From an uncultured Bdellovibrio sp. (GTDB taxonomy: Bacteria > Bdellovibrionota > Bdellovibrionia > Bdellovibrionales > Bdellovibrionaceae): DNA of 64,000 nucleotides. Below the pieces are notes generated by a model that ran no database searches, was not told the origin of the DNA, and saw only the letters and a list, made by a program, of their open reading frames with translations. This document shows, piece after piece, positions 1 to 9,251 of the stretch (its first letter is position 1; every line of letters begins with the position of its first letter). The position numbers and the translations under genes were made by a program. The stretch covers positions 1-64,000 of the forward strand of contig CAWVRN010000013.1 of assembly GCA_963932905.1 (NCBI GenBank), given 5' to 3'.

Positions 1-66
1 GGGAAACCAAGTGAACGGAAATCTTTTATCTTAAGGGCTTGCTTTCTTACAGAAGTTATTTTGATT

Positions 67-133
67 TTGTTCCATATGTGATCTCCTTTTACCCACGCCG
101 AAAGGCAGGAGAAGGAGTCGCATAGTGGGACAA
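67..133 (+). other. Long imperfect hairpin capped by a GAAA tetraloop (structured RNA or ssDNA element)
   Basis: ttgttccatatgtgatctcctttt..gcc-GAAA-ggc..gagaaggagtcgcatagtgggacaa pairs over ~25 bp with G-T wobbles that favour the + strand. Confidence 0.7.
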
Positions 134-495
134 GCACGATTTCTTGCTCATTAAAATCTGACTCTGACGTGGCTTAAGCGCTTGAATGACGTCAGGCCTT
201 TTGCGATTTTGAATCTGTTTTGGACAATGCTCTCCAGAGAAAGTCATTTGTAAGATCGCTCGCTACTCGCGTCTGCCTGATCCTCCCTTTGCATCGGTCT
301 GCGCCAGGGCCTAGCGGCCATTTCCTGTCACGCCCTCTGCCTCTACCGCACCTCTAGGGTGCTCTCGTGTGTCGGTCGGGGCAAACGCCTTCGCTCTCTT
401 GAAACTTCTCTCTTCGGGGCCTTGCCCTTTGTGAAAGGCCCACTCGATAGAGAGTGAAGTCAAAAAAACAAATAACTTTCACTAAGGAGAAAGTC

Positions 496-870
496 ATGGA
501 AACCACAGTTCAAAATAAACCCGCTCAGGCGACACGTATCACTCAAGGATTTAGCGCAAATCCACAAGTATATCTCAACTCTGATCGCGGCAGTATCACG
601 CACCGCTTGGGAGCTGATCTAAAAATAGAAATGCCCATCAATCTCTACAAAAAAATTCTTGGACTTCCTTTCGAAAAAAAGGCGTCAGTTCGATCGTCAG
701 AAACTACTCGTCCAAACATTTACGGCTTAGTTGCTCGGCCCGTGATTTTTCTGAGTCAAGACGGCAATTATCTCGTCCACAGCGTTCTTGGAATTCGCAT
801 TTCAAAGCATGTGAATTACTACAAACAAATCCTCGGAGCTGAATATACTCCGAAGACTCAGACTGCATAA
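496..870 (+). CDS. Hypothetical protein with two internal ~45-aa repeats
   Basis: ORF 454..870; AAGGAG RBS supports the ATG at 496. Repeats: NPQVYLNSD..INLYKKILG and RPVIFLSQD..VNYYKQILG. Confidence 0.75.
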   Translation: METTVQNKPAQATRITQGFSANPQVYLNSDRGSITHRLGADLKIEMPINLYKKILGLPFEKKASVRSSETTRPNIYGLVARPVIFLSQDGNYLVHSVLGIRISKHVNYYKQILGAEYTPKTQTA

Positions 871-874
871 TTAC

Positions 875-911
875 TTAAAGAGCCTGCGGGCGTCTGCCCC
901 AGGCTCTTTAA
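875..911. terminator. Intrinsic terminator-like hairpin
   Basis: ttaaagagcctg..caggctctttaa inverted repeat immediately after the 870 stop. Confidence 0.65.
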
Positions 912-1044
912 AATCTCATCTCAATATCTGAAAACAGATTCATTAGCGCCACGATAATGCACGCACCTAGGCGTTAGCTAAAGCTAGAGTTACTCTCGAA
1001 GTACAGATACACTAGCAATCTCAACGTAAAGAGGGGCTGCAACA

Positions 1045-1908
1045 ATGGCGGAATACAAAAAAAACCACTACATACCACGGGTGATTTTAAAAAATTGGGT
1101 AACAACTGGCCCTCTATACGAGGGCGTCCATGTTTTTGAAATCGATGCGAATAAATTTTCTTTTTCGGCATCAAAAGGGAGCTGTGGTTTTAGCTTTGCG
1201 ATAGTAAATGATCTCTATGTTCCGATCCTTGAGGGTGGTCGTGTTGTTAGTGCCGAAAAATGGTTGTCGGGACTTGAGGGTGCGATAGGCTCTGTGCTTC
1301 CAATGGTCCTTGCTGGCGGTGATATTCAATACGCTAGTCCATCAACTGCTATGAAGTTTGTAATGGGACTTTTGTCTTTAGAGTTTCGCGCAGAATATAT
1401 TTTAGACCGCTTTAAAGAAACTTTGGAAAAAGACCTCGATGTTCAATCGTTTCTTGGCCTGCACTCTTATCGCACAGTCCATCAAATCATCGTAGAAAAT
1501 ATTGTAAATTCAGTAGATGAGTACGCTCGGCGACTCCTCCCTGTTCGAATGACTATATTGCAGACCAACACCAGTGAGTTTATTGTCACGGATCGTCCTG
1601 TCGTTGATGAGCAATACGTTGGACAAAGAATTATTGTTGTCGCTCCAAACATAGCCATTGCTTTAGAACAAGGAACCCCTCCCTTTTCCTACAAATACTC
1701 CTCTGTGAAGGATGACCTTGTTCATTCGATAAACATCGCACTCGCGACAAACGCTCGGTCTTGGATTGCTGGAACCTCGGAAGAAAGCGTCAAAAAATAT
1801 AGCACTATTGTGGGATCAGATGTTTGGACGAAATCCAAATCTAGTGAAAAAGTTCACACCGTGCCGTTCAAACAGCTTTCCCAAGGATGGGAATTCAAGA
1901 AGTCCTAG
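1045..1908 (+). CDS. DUF4238-like protein
   Basis: N-terminal HYIPRxxLxxW and internal FIVTDRPV resemble the DUF4238 signatures HYVP...FITSDNPV. Confidence 0.65.
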   Translation: MAEYKKNHYIPRVILKNWVTTGPLYEGVHVFEIDANKFSFSASKGSCGFSFAIVNDLYVPILEGGRVVSAEKWLSGLEGAIGSVLPMVLAGGDIQYASPSTAMKFVMGLLSLEFRAEYILDRFKETLEKDLDVQSFLGLHSYRTVHQIIVENIVNSVDEYARRLLPVRMTILQTNTSEFIVTDRPVVDEQYVGQRIIVVAPNIAIALEQGTPPFSYKYSSVKDDLVHSINIALATNARSWIAGTSEESVKKYSTIVGSDVWTKSKSSEKVHTVPFKQLSQGWEFKKS

Positions 1909-2213
1909 AACTTAATTCTACGGCCATTTAACTGCATTCATCCCAATTTCCTCATCTGATGTAGTCGTCATTCTGCCGACTACTCTTATTTTTTGACTCG
2001 CACTTTTCACGTCTTGCAAATTCGATTTCTCTTTTCACTGAGTCCCGCCAGCCCCTTCGTGTCTGTCATGCCTCATGATCGGCCTGAAGGGCCTAAGCGA
2101 GAAATCGAGCAATCCGCGCCAACCACTCATAATTTTTCCCCCGCCAAGCAAGCTTGGGGCGTACCTGGCAGGCGAAAAATGTTTTTTTGAAACCATTAAA
2201 AGGAGAGCAATCC

Positions 2214-2759
2214 ATGAAGAACCAAGAACAACAAACCAGTCCTAGAATTTACGTCGCATGTCTAGCGGCCTACAACGCAGGACAACTGCATGGCGAATGG
2301 ATCAATGCTGACCGAAAAGCACACGAAATTTACGCCGACATCAAATCCATGTTGGAAAGATCGCCGGAACCCAGCGCCGAAGAGTGGGCAGTCCACGACT
2401 ACGAAGGCTTCAACTCCATTTCTCTAAGTGAGTGGCCCGATATAGAACGAGTCTCAACTCTTGCAAAACTGATTGGCGCACACAGTGAACCGTTTTCTAT
2501 CTGGTATCAAAACCAAGACGGAAGCAATTTTGATATTGCAGAGCTTGAAGAAATGTTTTTAGAACAATGGCAGGGCTCTTTTGAGTCTGAGACAGATTTC
2601 GCATATAAACTGCTCGAAGACTCAGGGCAACTGAGCGAACTTCCAACATGGGCACAGAATTACTTTGATTATGAAAGCTATGCTAGAGACCTACATTTAG
2701 GCGGCGATTTTTCTTTCACACGACATAATTGTCAGACCTACGTTTATCGCAATTGTTAG
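2214..2759 (+). CDS. ardA: Antirestriction protein ArdA (DNA mimic)
   Basis: RIYVACLAAYNAGQLHGEWI, EEWAVHDYEGF, YFDYESYARDL motifs; acidic; AAAAGGAGA RBS before the ATG at 2214. Confidence 0.93.
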   Translation: MKNQEQQTSPRIYVACLAAYNAGQLHGEWINADRKAHEIYADIKSMLERSPEPSAEEWAVHDYEGFNSISLSEWPDIERVSTLAKLIGAHSEPFSIWYQNQDGSNFDIAELEEMFLEQWQGSFESETDFAYKLLEDSGQLSELPTWAQNYFDYESYARDLHLGGDFSFTRHNCQTYVYRNC

Positions 2760-2795
2760 ATCGAGACTCTACTTTTCCTTCGGCAGAAGGATTCA

Positions 2796-2832
2796 AGGCG
2801 GACCGCATTTTCGCGCAGTCCGCCTTTTCTTT
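2796..2832. terminator. Terminator between convergent ardA and RHH-like genes
   Basis: aaggcggac..gtccgcctt followed by a T-tract. Confidence 0.7.
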
Positions 2833-3191
2833 TATGCAGCATTCGCCGTTTGCGACTGCTCTACTAGAAACCCAGAAAATTCTTTTGTAAGCATAAAGCC
2901 CGTGAATTCATCGCGAGAAATAGGTCCACGCATTTCGATATACCGCTGTCGCAGTTGCTCTTTGCGGTCTTCATTCGACAAGGACTGATCTTGCAGTTTT
3001 TTTATGTGTTCGTCAGATACAAGATCAAGTGCAAGACTGAGTAGCTGATCGACCTTAACCTTGCGACCGGCTTTCTTCTTATTTGCCGAAAGCAAAAGTT
3101 TTTCTGCCTTCTTTTGGACCTCGGGATTGATGCGAATTGATTTGGGTTTTTGATTCGATTTTAAGTTTGCTTTTGTGCTTTTAGATTCCAT
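2832..3191 (-). CDS. Small basic DNA-binding protein (ribbon-helix-helix-like)
   Basis: KSIRINPEVQKKAEKLL..VKVDQLLSLAL strand-helix-helix pattern; GGAG RBS. Confidence 0.55.
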   Translation of the reverse strand: MESKSTKANLKSNQKPKSIRINPEVQKKAEKLLLSANKKKAGRKVKVDQLLSLALDLVSDEHIKKLQDQSLSNEDRKEQLRQRYIEMRGPISRDEFTGFMLTKEFSGFLVEQSQTANAA

Positions 3192-3219
3192 TGATTGCTC
3201 CGTTTAATTTTATATTTTG

Positions 3220-3615
3220 TTAGTTCGTTTGAATTTCTTGCGACATATCGCCCTTGATTTCGATAACGCCTTGGCCTTTTGGTCGCCTCAACATCTGAGA
3301 CATGACTGCACGAATGGCTGCGAGCTGTTCGTCATCCATGAAACCAATCATTGATACACAGTCGTCTTTGAAACTGAGAACTGTCTTGTTGCCTGCGATC
3401 TTATCGAACTGCTCCATTGTGTAGCCATAGGCTCGCACCATCTGCTCCACTCGAAAACCTTCAACCGCACGTTTTCCGTTTTCAAAGTGGCTAATCGTTG
3501 TGTGGGTTACGCCCACGATGGATGCCGCCTGACGTGTTGTCAGACGTGCGTTTTCGCGCAAACGCTTTAAAACATTTGCGACACTTTCATTTTTGTTTTT
3601 GGTTACTGGCTGCAT
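3220..3615 (-). CDS. XRE-family HTH transcriptional regulator
   Basis: LKRLRENARLTTRQAASIVGVTHTTISHFENGKR; AAGGAG RBS supports the ATG at 3615. Confidence 0.88.
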   Translation of the reverse strand: MQPVTKNKNESVANVLKRLRENARLTTRQAASIVGVTHTTISHFENGKRAVEGFRVEQMVRAYGYTMEQFDKIAGNKTVLSFKDDCVSMIGFMDDEQLAAIRAVMSQMLRRPKGQGVIEIKGDMSQEIQTN

Positions 3616-3716
3616 GTTTCTTGTCTCCTTTGGTTGATGCTTTCCAGACATCGAACTTGGAAACTACGAAACGCTGTTGTTTTGAGAAGTTAGCTGGAGG
3701 TTTCCAGCTTTCCAGC

Positions 3717-3778
3717 TTCCTGAGTTTTTCTATTTTTCCGTAGCACAAAAGTAGCACTGAAATAGCATAACTCAGGAA
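3717..3778. repeat. Three 7-bp direct repeats with 11-bp period inside a 10-bp inverted repeat; candidate integrase arm sites or operator
   Basis: GTAGCAC 3740, GTAGCAC 3751, ATAGCAT 3762; flanked by TTCCTGAGTT 3717 and AACTCAGGAA 3769. Confidence 0.6.
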
Positions 3779-3942
3779 TTTTGGCGTATTCTCGCGTGAC
3801 GATGGACGAAATCGAACCGAATCGCTCGTTAAACTTTATCTCTTTGTAATTGCTGTTTTCTTTTTACTTTTCGCGGAGTTAGGAAGGTGAAGCGGAAGTC
3901 ATTTGCGGTTGATCCATTTTTTCATTTTACCCGAGAGTAAAA

Positions 3943-4033
3943 TGGCGGAGGATGCGAGATTCGAACTCGCGTTACTCTTTTGGAGTAAACTCGCTTTCCA
4001 AGCGAGCGCCTTCAGCCACTCGGCCAACCCTCC
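3943..4033 (-). tRNA. tRNA-Ser (GGA)
   Basis: Reverse complement GGAGGGTTGGCCGAGTGG..CTCGC-TTGGAAA-GCGAG..long variable arm..GTTCGAATC..ATCCTCCGCCA. Confidence 0.97.
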
Positions 4034-4116
4034 GTCTGATTGATTGAGTGGCTTTTTTAATATTTTTTGGCGACTTACTCAAACATTATTTGCAATGAAA
4101 TTATCTTCGTCGAGTA

Positions 4117-5109
4117 CTAGCTGCCGATTGCCACCGGTGGACGGTACCAGCAACGTGGACGGTAGCCATTGGATTCCACTTTACCAGGACCGCAGGCACC
4201 TTTTCTTGGATCCGCCGAGCTGAAGTCATCAGTGTCAGATACGCGACATGTAGCACCCGCTACGTACGTATCCAGACGACATTGGGCTGCGGGATGACCT
4301 TCGAAAGTTGTCGCCACAACTGATTTATCAACATTTGGAAAGTTAATACCTTTTGGATCACCTTTTAACGAACCTAAAGTTCTAGCCAATGCCAAACCGG
4401 CCATCGCAGATCTCATGCAGATACCAGCGGCTTCAGAATTAACACCGAACGCGTTTACGCACGAATTTCTAACTTCGAATGTCACTTGCGCACGTTGCGC
4501 CCATTGAGCATTGTTACCAATTGCTTTAAAAACCTTACGAGCACATTTTGCAGTAGCGAAGTAGTCGGATTGACCTTCCACCGCGGCCCATTGAGTGTTG
4601 GCACCATAACGAGGGTATCCAGCTAAGTGATGCCCGATTTCGTGACAGGCTACTAATACAAGTCCCTCTTGAGTCATTAATGGATGGCGAGCTAAACCAC
4701 CAAACATAGACACGATAGAAATCGGAGAATAAATACCAGGTGAGGTTTGCATACGAGCGCACTCTGGTGGGTAATTGGGAGTTCCGATCAATTTAGCATC
4801 GTTACAAACAAACGCATACGCATTCACTGTATCGTCTGTCCATCTAGGGAACAGAGCTAATTTTGGTCTGCCATTTTTGCGGAAAATTGGATCATACACT
4901 TGAGCCACGACTTGCAGAACACGTTTGAACTGAAGTTCACTCATTTGTCCTGTGGGACGAATCGGAATTCTTAAATTATTCGCTGGAAAGAATCCGCAAC
5001 CTGGTCCGTGTACGTGAGGTGCTGCTAACAACTCCGGCGTTTCAACATTCTTAGCGCTGTTAATGTTAAAACCAACTAATAAAACTAACCCTAATAAAAT
5101 TGACTTCAT
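4117..5109 (-). CDS. Secreted zinc metalloprotease-like protein (HExxH), Cys-rich
   Basis: Signal peptide MKSILLGLVLLVG; VNAYA..GGLARHP..CHEIGHH..EGQSDYFA. Confidence 0.75.
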   Translation of the reverse strand: MKSILLGLVLLVGFNINSAKNVETPELLAAPHVHGPGCGFFPANNLRIPIRPTGQMSELQFKRVLQVVAQVYDPIFRKNGRPKLALFPRWTDDTVNAYAFVCNDAKLIGTPNYPPECARMQTSPGIYSPISIVSMFGGLARHPLMTQEGLVLVACHEIGHHLAGYPRYGANTQWAAVEGQSDYFATAKCARKVFKAIGNNAQWAQRAQVTFEVRNSCVNAFGVNSEAAGICMRSAMAGLALARTLGSLKGDPKGINFPNVDKSVVATTFEGHPAAQCRLDTYVAGATCRVSDTDDFSSADPRKGACGPGKVESNGYRPRCWYRPPVAIGS

Positions 5110-5255
5110 ATTCCCCCCGGAAGATGTCAATCCAACCTCTCTAGGTAGTAGAGGCTGAAGTGGGCCCAACATCTTCCTTTCCAAAAGAAAAGACAAACCA
5201 ATTAATTCGCTAGGTTGTATAAGATATTTTTATATTAAGAGCTCAACCGCTGCGT

Positions 5256-7847
5256 CTACTGCAACTTTTCTAAGCTAAATTCCCAGATTTTAAGTTTCTC
5301 GAGTAAAATAATGCGTTCTGTATCCGCCAAATAAGGCGCCATCAAACGGAAAGTTCGTAGCATCTGTATTAATGTCGGCACGTTAGCGACTTTTAAATCC
5401 ATATCAAAGAAGTTCGTCTTCGGATTGTAATACTTCTGCAATAAAAAATAGGTTTCTTTAGCTGACCACAGATAGGTCTCGATTTTCGTAGACTCGTAAA
5501 CTTCTAGAAGACCTTCAATAACTAATAACTGATCCATCAATTCAGGATCTGCATCTACTTTTTCCATACCTGGCAATGTGATCACACCTGCCGCTAAGCC
5601 TGGCGCCGCACTATCCTTCTGATTTCTATATTTTGTTGCGATCGTATTACCCAATGGAACCAAAATTTTCTTCACCTCGTTAATTCGACGCCCCAGAACC
5701 TGAGCCAATGTTGGGCAATTCGGTGAATTTAAATCACGGCACTCAGGATCACTTTTGTCTTTTTTCAGAAGCTCGTTGAATTTAGTTCGCTCTATTCCGT
5801 CTATCACACCCTCGATATTTTTAAGCAATCGAATGACTTTCACGATGGGTTTGATAGAAACGTCCGGAGATCTTTGGCCGTTAACGATATCTACGTACAC
5901 ACCAAATAAGAAAGTTTTATCTTTGTTTTTGCTGTATTCATTCATCCAAACGACTTCGCCTTCGTTTGTGACTAAACCCAACTGAGAAAATTTCTTAGTC
6001 AAATTTGCGATCCAGTTAATGAACTGAGCCGTTGTTAAACCAAAAAATTCTGTTTTTGAAAATAGTGGAGTTCCATCACCGCTGCCGCCGGCTTCTGAAC
6101 CGAATACCGAGGAGGCTTTAAAGTTCCCAATGGACCTATCGAAGGAATTCTTTTCCCAATCGCGCAGGTATTTCATAGTCGCCAGCAACCCATTTCCAAT
6201 TTCAATTTGGGCATCGGCAGATAAGTTAGCCACGTCATTTACTTCTTTACGTAGAAACGGCGAAGACAATTCCGAGATATCCACTATTCCATAGGAAATT
6301 AAACTATCCACGGCTTCGCTAACGTCGAACGGAGTACGATCATTCTCGAAACTTTTCACGATACCCTTAGTCGGCGCCGGTTTACCAGGTACTCCACCAA
6401 AACCCAGGATGCGATTAATCTGCTCGATCAATGGCTTACGAATCGCAGAATCAGTTAACATGCCAGCATCAAAAATTTTTGCGTTCGAAGCTAATGATGC
6501 TCCTACCGATTTAGCGACCACAACTGATTTTTTTGTCATTGGTGGTTTAAATGTTACAATTTTCTTCTGAATATCAACATTGACCGTCGCATTCTCATAG
6601 GCTAGCGACATTTCGCTTTTGAAACCCATGTTTGAAGTCAGCCATTTCAAGAACTTTTCTTTAGTAAAACCTTGAGCATTTCTACGAGTTTTTTCCAATT
6701 CTGCCTTAGCTTTTATGACATTCTTGGTTACTTTCTTCTCTACGCGTGTATCAAGCGCCAATATCACACTCAACAATCGCTCTTCAAGAATCTCTAGCAC
6801 ATAACCATGTGTTTTTTCATTTAGAGTTATTTTGATTTTATCTGGTCCAAATTTTTTCAACTGAGGCAAAATGGCGACATCGCGAACAATCGCCGAGAAA
6901 AATTTCGGGCATGTGGTATCTACCAAGCAAACCAAATCCTGATCTTTCTTACCGCTTAAAAATTTATACAACGCCGCTGAAATCGGAGTAAAATACATTT
7001 CCCGCTCTTTTGGGCCTAAAGTTAACCAAACACCAACGATCGCAGAAAACGCGGTTGTTTCATCGGTGATCGCGTCTATTTTTTCGGCCAACGCCCGACC
7101 TGATTGAATTTTACCTTCGGTTTCTTTATCTAACGGAATTTCAAATTCCTTCACCATCGATTCCAAAATATTCAACATATTCGTCAACGTTTTAGTTCCG
7201 TCAATCAATGCCCATTGTTTTTTTAAATAGTCGGCGTTGATATCACGCTCGCTTTTAACTTCGTCCACCAAGGCTACTTCAAAGTCTTTCATTAACTTTA
7301 GCTTAGGAACAGCATCCAAAAATGTGTTTAAGAATCCCTCTAACAACGCAATAGATTCCAAAAACTTGGCTTTCTTTGGCCAAGGGTACGTCTCTTTTAA
7401 ATCTTTTACTTTTTTCTTAACTACGATCAGTCCCGCATCGATTTCTTTTAAAGCATCGTTGAATCCTTCACGGACGCTTGGCAAAGCTTCAGTTTGAAAA
7501 ATTTCATAATATGGAGTTTTGAAAAACGAAACATGAGTCCCAATGTTCTCCGCATAGTACTTTTTATATAAGCTAAACGCAGTGGCTTTTAATTTTTTAT
7601 TTTTAGTTTTTTCAGCCATATCCAGTATGCCTTGAATCACTTCATGGACTTCCGATGATGGGATTGATCCTTTCCATTCTAATTCGAATTGACTTGCTTG
7701 CTGCAAAAGCTTTGCGAATTCGCGATCATTTTCCATATCCGGCCGCAAGTCCATCAAAGGCGCATTGAAATCCTTGTTTTCAAGGTGCGGCGAGCATCCT
7801 GAGATCAGCAAGGACAATAAAACTAAAAATTTGAAAACTAGTTTCAT
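5256..7847 (-). CDS. Large hypothetical lipoprotein
   Basis: 863-aa ORF; lipobox LISGC. Confidence 0.75.
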   Translation of the reverse strand: MKLVFKFLVLLSLLISGCSPHLENKDFNAPLMDLRPDMENDREFAKLLQQASQFELEWKGSIPSSEVHEVIQGILDMAEKTKNKKLKATAFSLYKKYYAENIGTHVSFFKTPYYEIFQTEALPSVREGFNDALKEIDAGLIVVKKKVKDLKETYPWPKKAKFLESIALLEGFLNTFLDAVPKLKLMKDFEVALVDEVKSERDINADYLKKQWALIDGTKTLTNMLNILESMVKEFEIPLDKETEGKIQSGRALAEKIDAITDETTAFSAIVGVWLTLGPKEREMYFTPISAALYKFLSGKKDQDLVCLVDTTCPKFFSAIVRDVAILPQLKKFGPDKIKITLNEKTHGYVLEILEERLLSVILALDTRVEKKVTKNVIKAKAELEKTRRNAQGFTKEKFLKWLTSNMGFKSEMSLAYENATVNVDIQKKIVTFKPPMTKKSVVVAKSVGASLASNAKIFDAGMLTDSAIRKPLIEQINRILGFGGVPGKPAPTKGIVKSFENDRTPFDVSEAVDSLISYGIVDISELSSPFLRKEVNDVANLSADAQIEIGNGLLATMKYLRDWEKNSFDRSIGNFKASSVFGSEAGGSGDGTPLFSKTEFFGLTTAQFINWIANLTKKFSQLGLVTNEGEVVWMNEYSKNKDKTFLFGVYVDIVNGQRSPDVSIKPIVKVIRLLKNIEGVIDGIERTKFNELLKKDKSDPECRDLNSPNCPTLAQVLGRRINEVKKILVPLGNTIATKYRNQKDSAAPGLAAGVITLPGMEKVDADPELMDQLLVIEGLLEVYESTKIETYLWSAKETYFLLQKYYNPKTNFFDMDLKVANVPTLIQMLRTFRLMAPYLADTERIILLEKLKIWEFSLEKLQ

Positions 7848-7866
7848 TTAAAAAATTCCAGCCTGG

Positions 7867-9132
7867 TTAAAAAAACATTTTAAAATTAAATTCATGCAAT
7901 GTACGACGATTGACATTCTCGCCTTTAAATAAATCGCTAAATTCGTAATACACCATATAAGGAAACAAAGCTTTCTTTTTAAAATAAGCTTTTACTGTAT
8001 TGAAGGACACCTTTACAGAATAGGTTTCTTCACGAGTGTAAGTATTTTGGCTTAACAAGTCGTAGCGTGTACCTTTGCTGCCTGAAAATGAATCGGCGGC
8101 TTTTTGATTTTGAGTGTACGCCGAACTGAACGTCAGCGCGTCGCTCGCTTTCCATTCACCTTCTGATTTAAATGTCCATTTACCACCCGTATTACGCTGA
8201 ACATTTTCTTTCTGGCTTGCATCAGGCAAATTGTCGTCTTCGTTCAAAGGAACACGCGCCGTGATGGTATCTGGCAATACGTATTGATACCCGATATAGG
8301 GGGTAGCACTAAAACCATAGACGCCTTTGAACGTCGTAGCTAATGTGTTCTCGACACTAGCTAATCCAAACGTGTTCAAGGCAACTAAATCATCTGGATC
8401 ATATTGCGGACCTGTTGGTAATCCAACCGTCGTTAAATAGAAAAAGTCCACATACGGAGTCTGCTGTAACTTGTAAATAGAGACGATTTGCATATCTGAT
8501 AGAAACTGACTCTTCTGACTGATCAACGGTTTATATCCTCGTTGTTCGATGGTTTTCAGAGTTTCAGCTTTGATATCTAAATTAAGGGCCTTATCTAACT
8601 CATCACTGACACGTCCTTGATACACAGCCTTATAGGATTCCAAGTTGGAATTTACGGTGTGCAATTCGATATCAACCCCATAAGTAATGATAGGTGCACC
8701 CACTGCAATGGTCCAATTCTTAGTTACTCCATAGGCATAAATCGGTGCGAAGTATTGCATCGTCGGATCTATTTCAAACTTCAGGACACCGTAGTTAATA
8801 CTTTGCCCGTGACTCAAACCAAAGGCATTCAAGGCCGTAATCAGATTTTTAGCATCGGGGCTGACTTTCGTTAGATAACTGGCGTCGTATTCCACAGATC
8901 TTAGATCACCCATTTTCCATAGAGATCCGTTACTTTCGTACTTTTGCTCTAGGTTTTGGAAAACGCCGTAGTTAAACATCGGGCTATTGATCCCTGCGGG
9001 TAAAACATCGGGACCAGCTTGAACATTCAACGACAAAACAAGCGCGCAAAATGCGACAACAGGTGTATTAATTGTCTTCGAAATCAGACGCCAAGTGGAA
9101 TTCACCTGATTCTTATAAAAAGTGTTCAGCAT
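7867..9132 (-). CDS. Putative outer-membrane/exported protein (start uncertain)
   Basis: Long ORF with a signal-like segment and C-terminal alternating aromatic residues ending in FF; apparent operon with the lipoprotein. Confidence 0.6.
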   Translation of the reverse strand: MLNTFYKNQVNSTWRLISKTINTPVVAFCALVLSLNVQAGPDVLPAGINSPMFNYGVFQNLEQKYESNGSLWKMGDLRSVEYDASYLTKVSPDAKNLITALNAFGLSHGQSINYGVLKFEIDPTMQYFAPIYAYGVTKNWTIAVGAPIITYGVDIELHTVNSNLESYKAVYQGRVSDELDKALNLDIKAETLKTIEQRGYKPLISQKSQFLSDMQIVSIYKLQQTPYVDFFYLTTVGLPTGPQYDPDDLVALNTFGLASVENTLATTFKGVYGFSATPYIGYQYVLPDTITARVPLNEDDNLPDASQKENVQRNTGGKWTFKSEGEWKASDALTFSSAYTQNQKAADSFSGSKGTRYDLLSQNTYTREETYSVKVSFNTVKAYFKKKALFPYMVYYEFSDLFKGENVNRRTLHEFNFKMFF

Positions 9133-9144
9133 GATCGAAAACCA

Positions 9145-9161
9145 GAGCAAACTTAATACCG
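9145..9161 (-). promoter_or_regulatory. Candidate sigma54 (-24/-12) promoter
   Basis: Minus strand CGGTATTAAGTTTGCT fits GG-N10-GC just upstream of the ATG at 9132. Confidence 0.4.
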
Positions 9162-9251
9162 AAATTCAGTGTCTCAAATTAATACGACTGATTAAATTTA
9201 CTACTGGCAACTGAACCAAAGCAGCCCACTCAAAAGATGTAAATGCGAGGC

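Larger units (their letters stand above)
1..3940. mobile_element. Right end of an integrated element (ICE/IME/genomic island) inserted at the tRNA-Ser 3' end; continues left of the window
   Basis: ArdA, DUF4238-like, XRE and RHH-like genes lie directly downstream of the tRNA CCA end. Candidate arm-type repeats sit at 3740-3768. No integrase is in the window. Confidence 0.75.

Noticed and set aside
31..90. Minus-strand AAAAGGAGA RBS plus a 14-codon ORF (MEQNQNNFCKKASP) overlapping the hairpin; considered as a type I toxin
   Set aside because: The peptide is hydrophilic and very short; more likely a relic or a by-product of the hairpin arm
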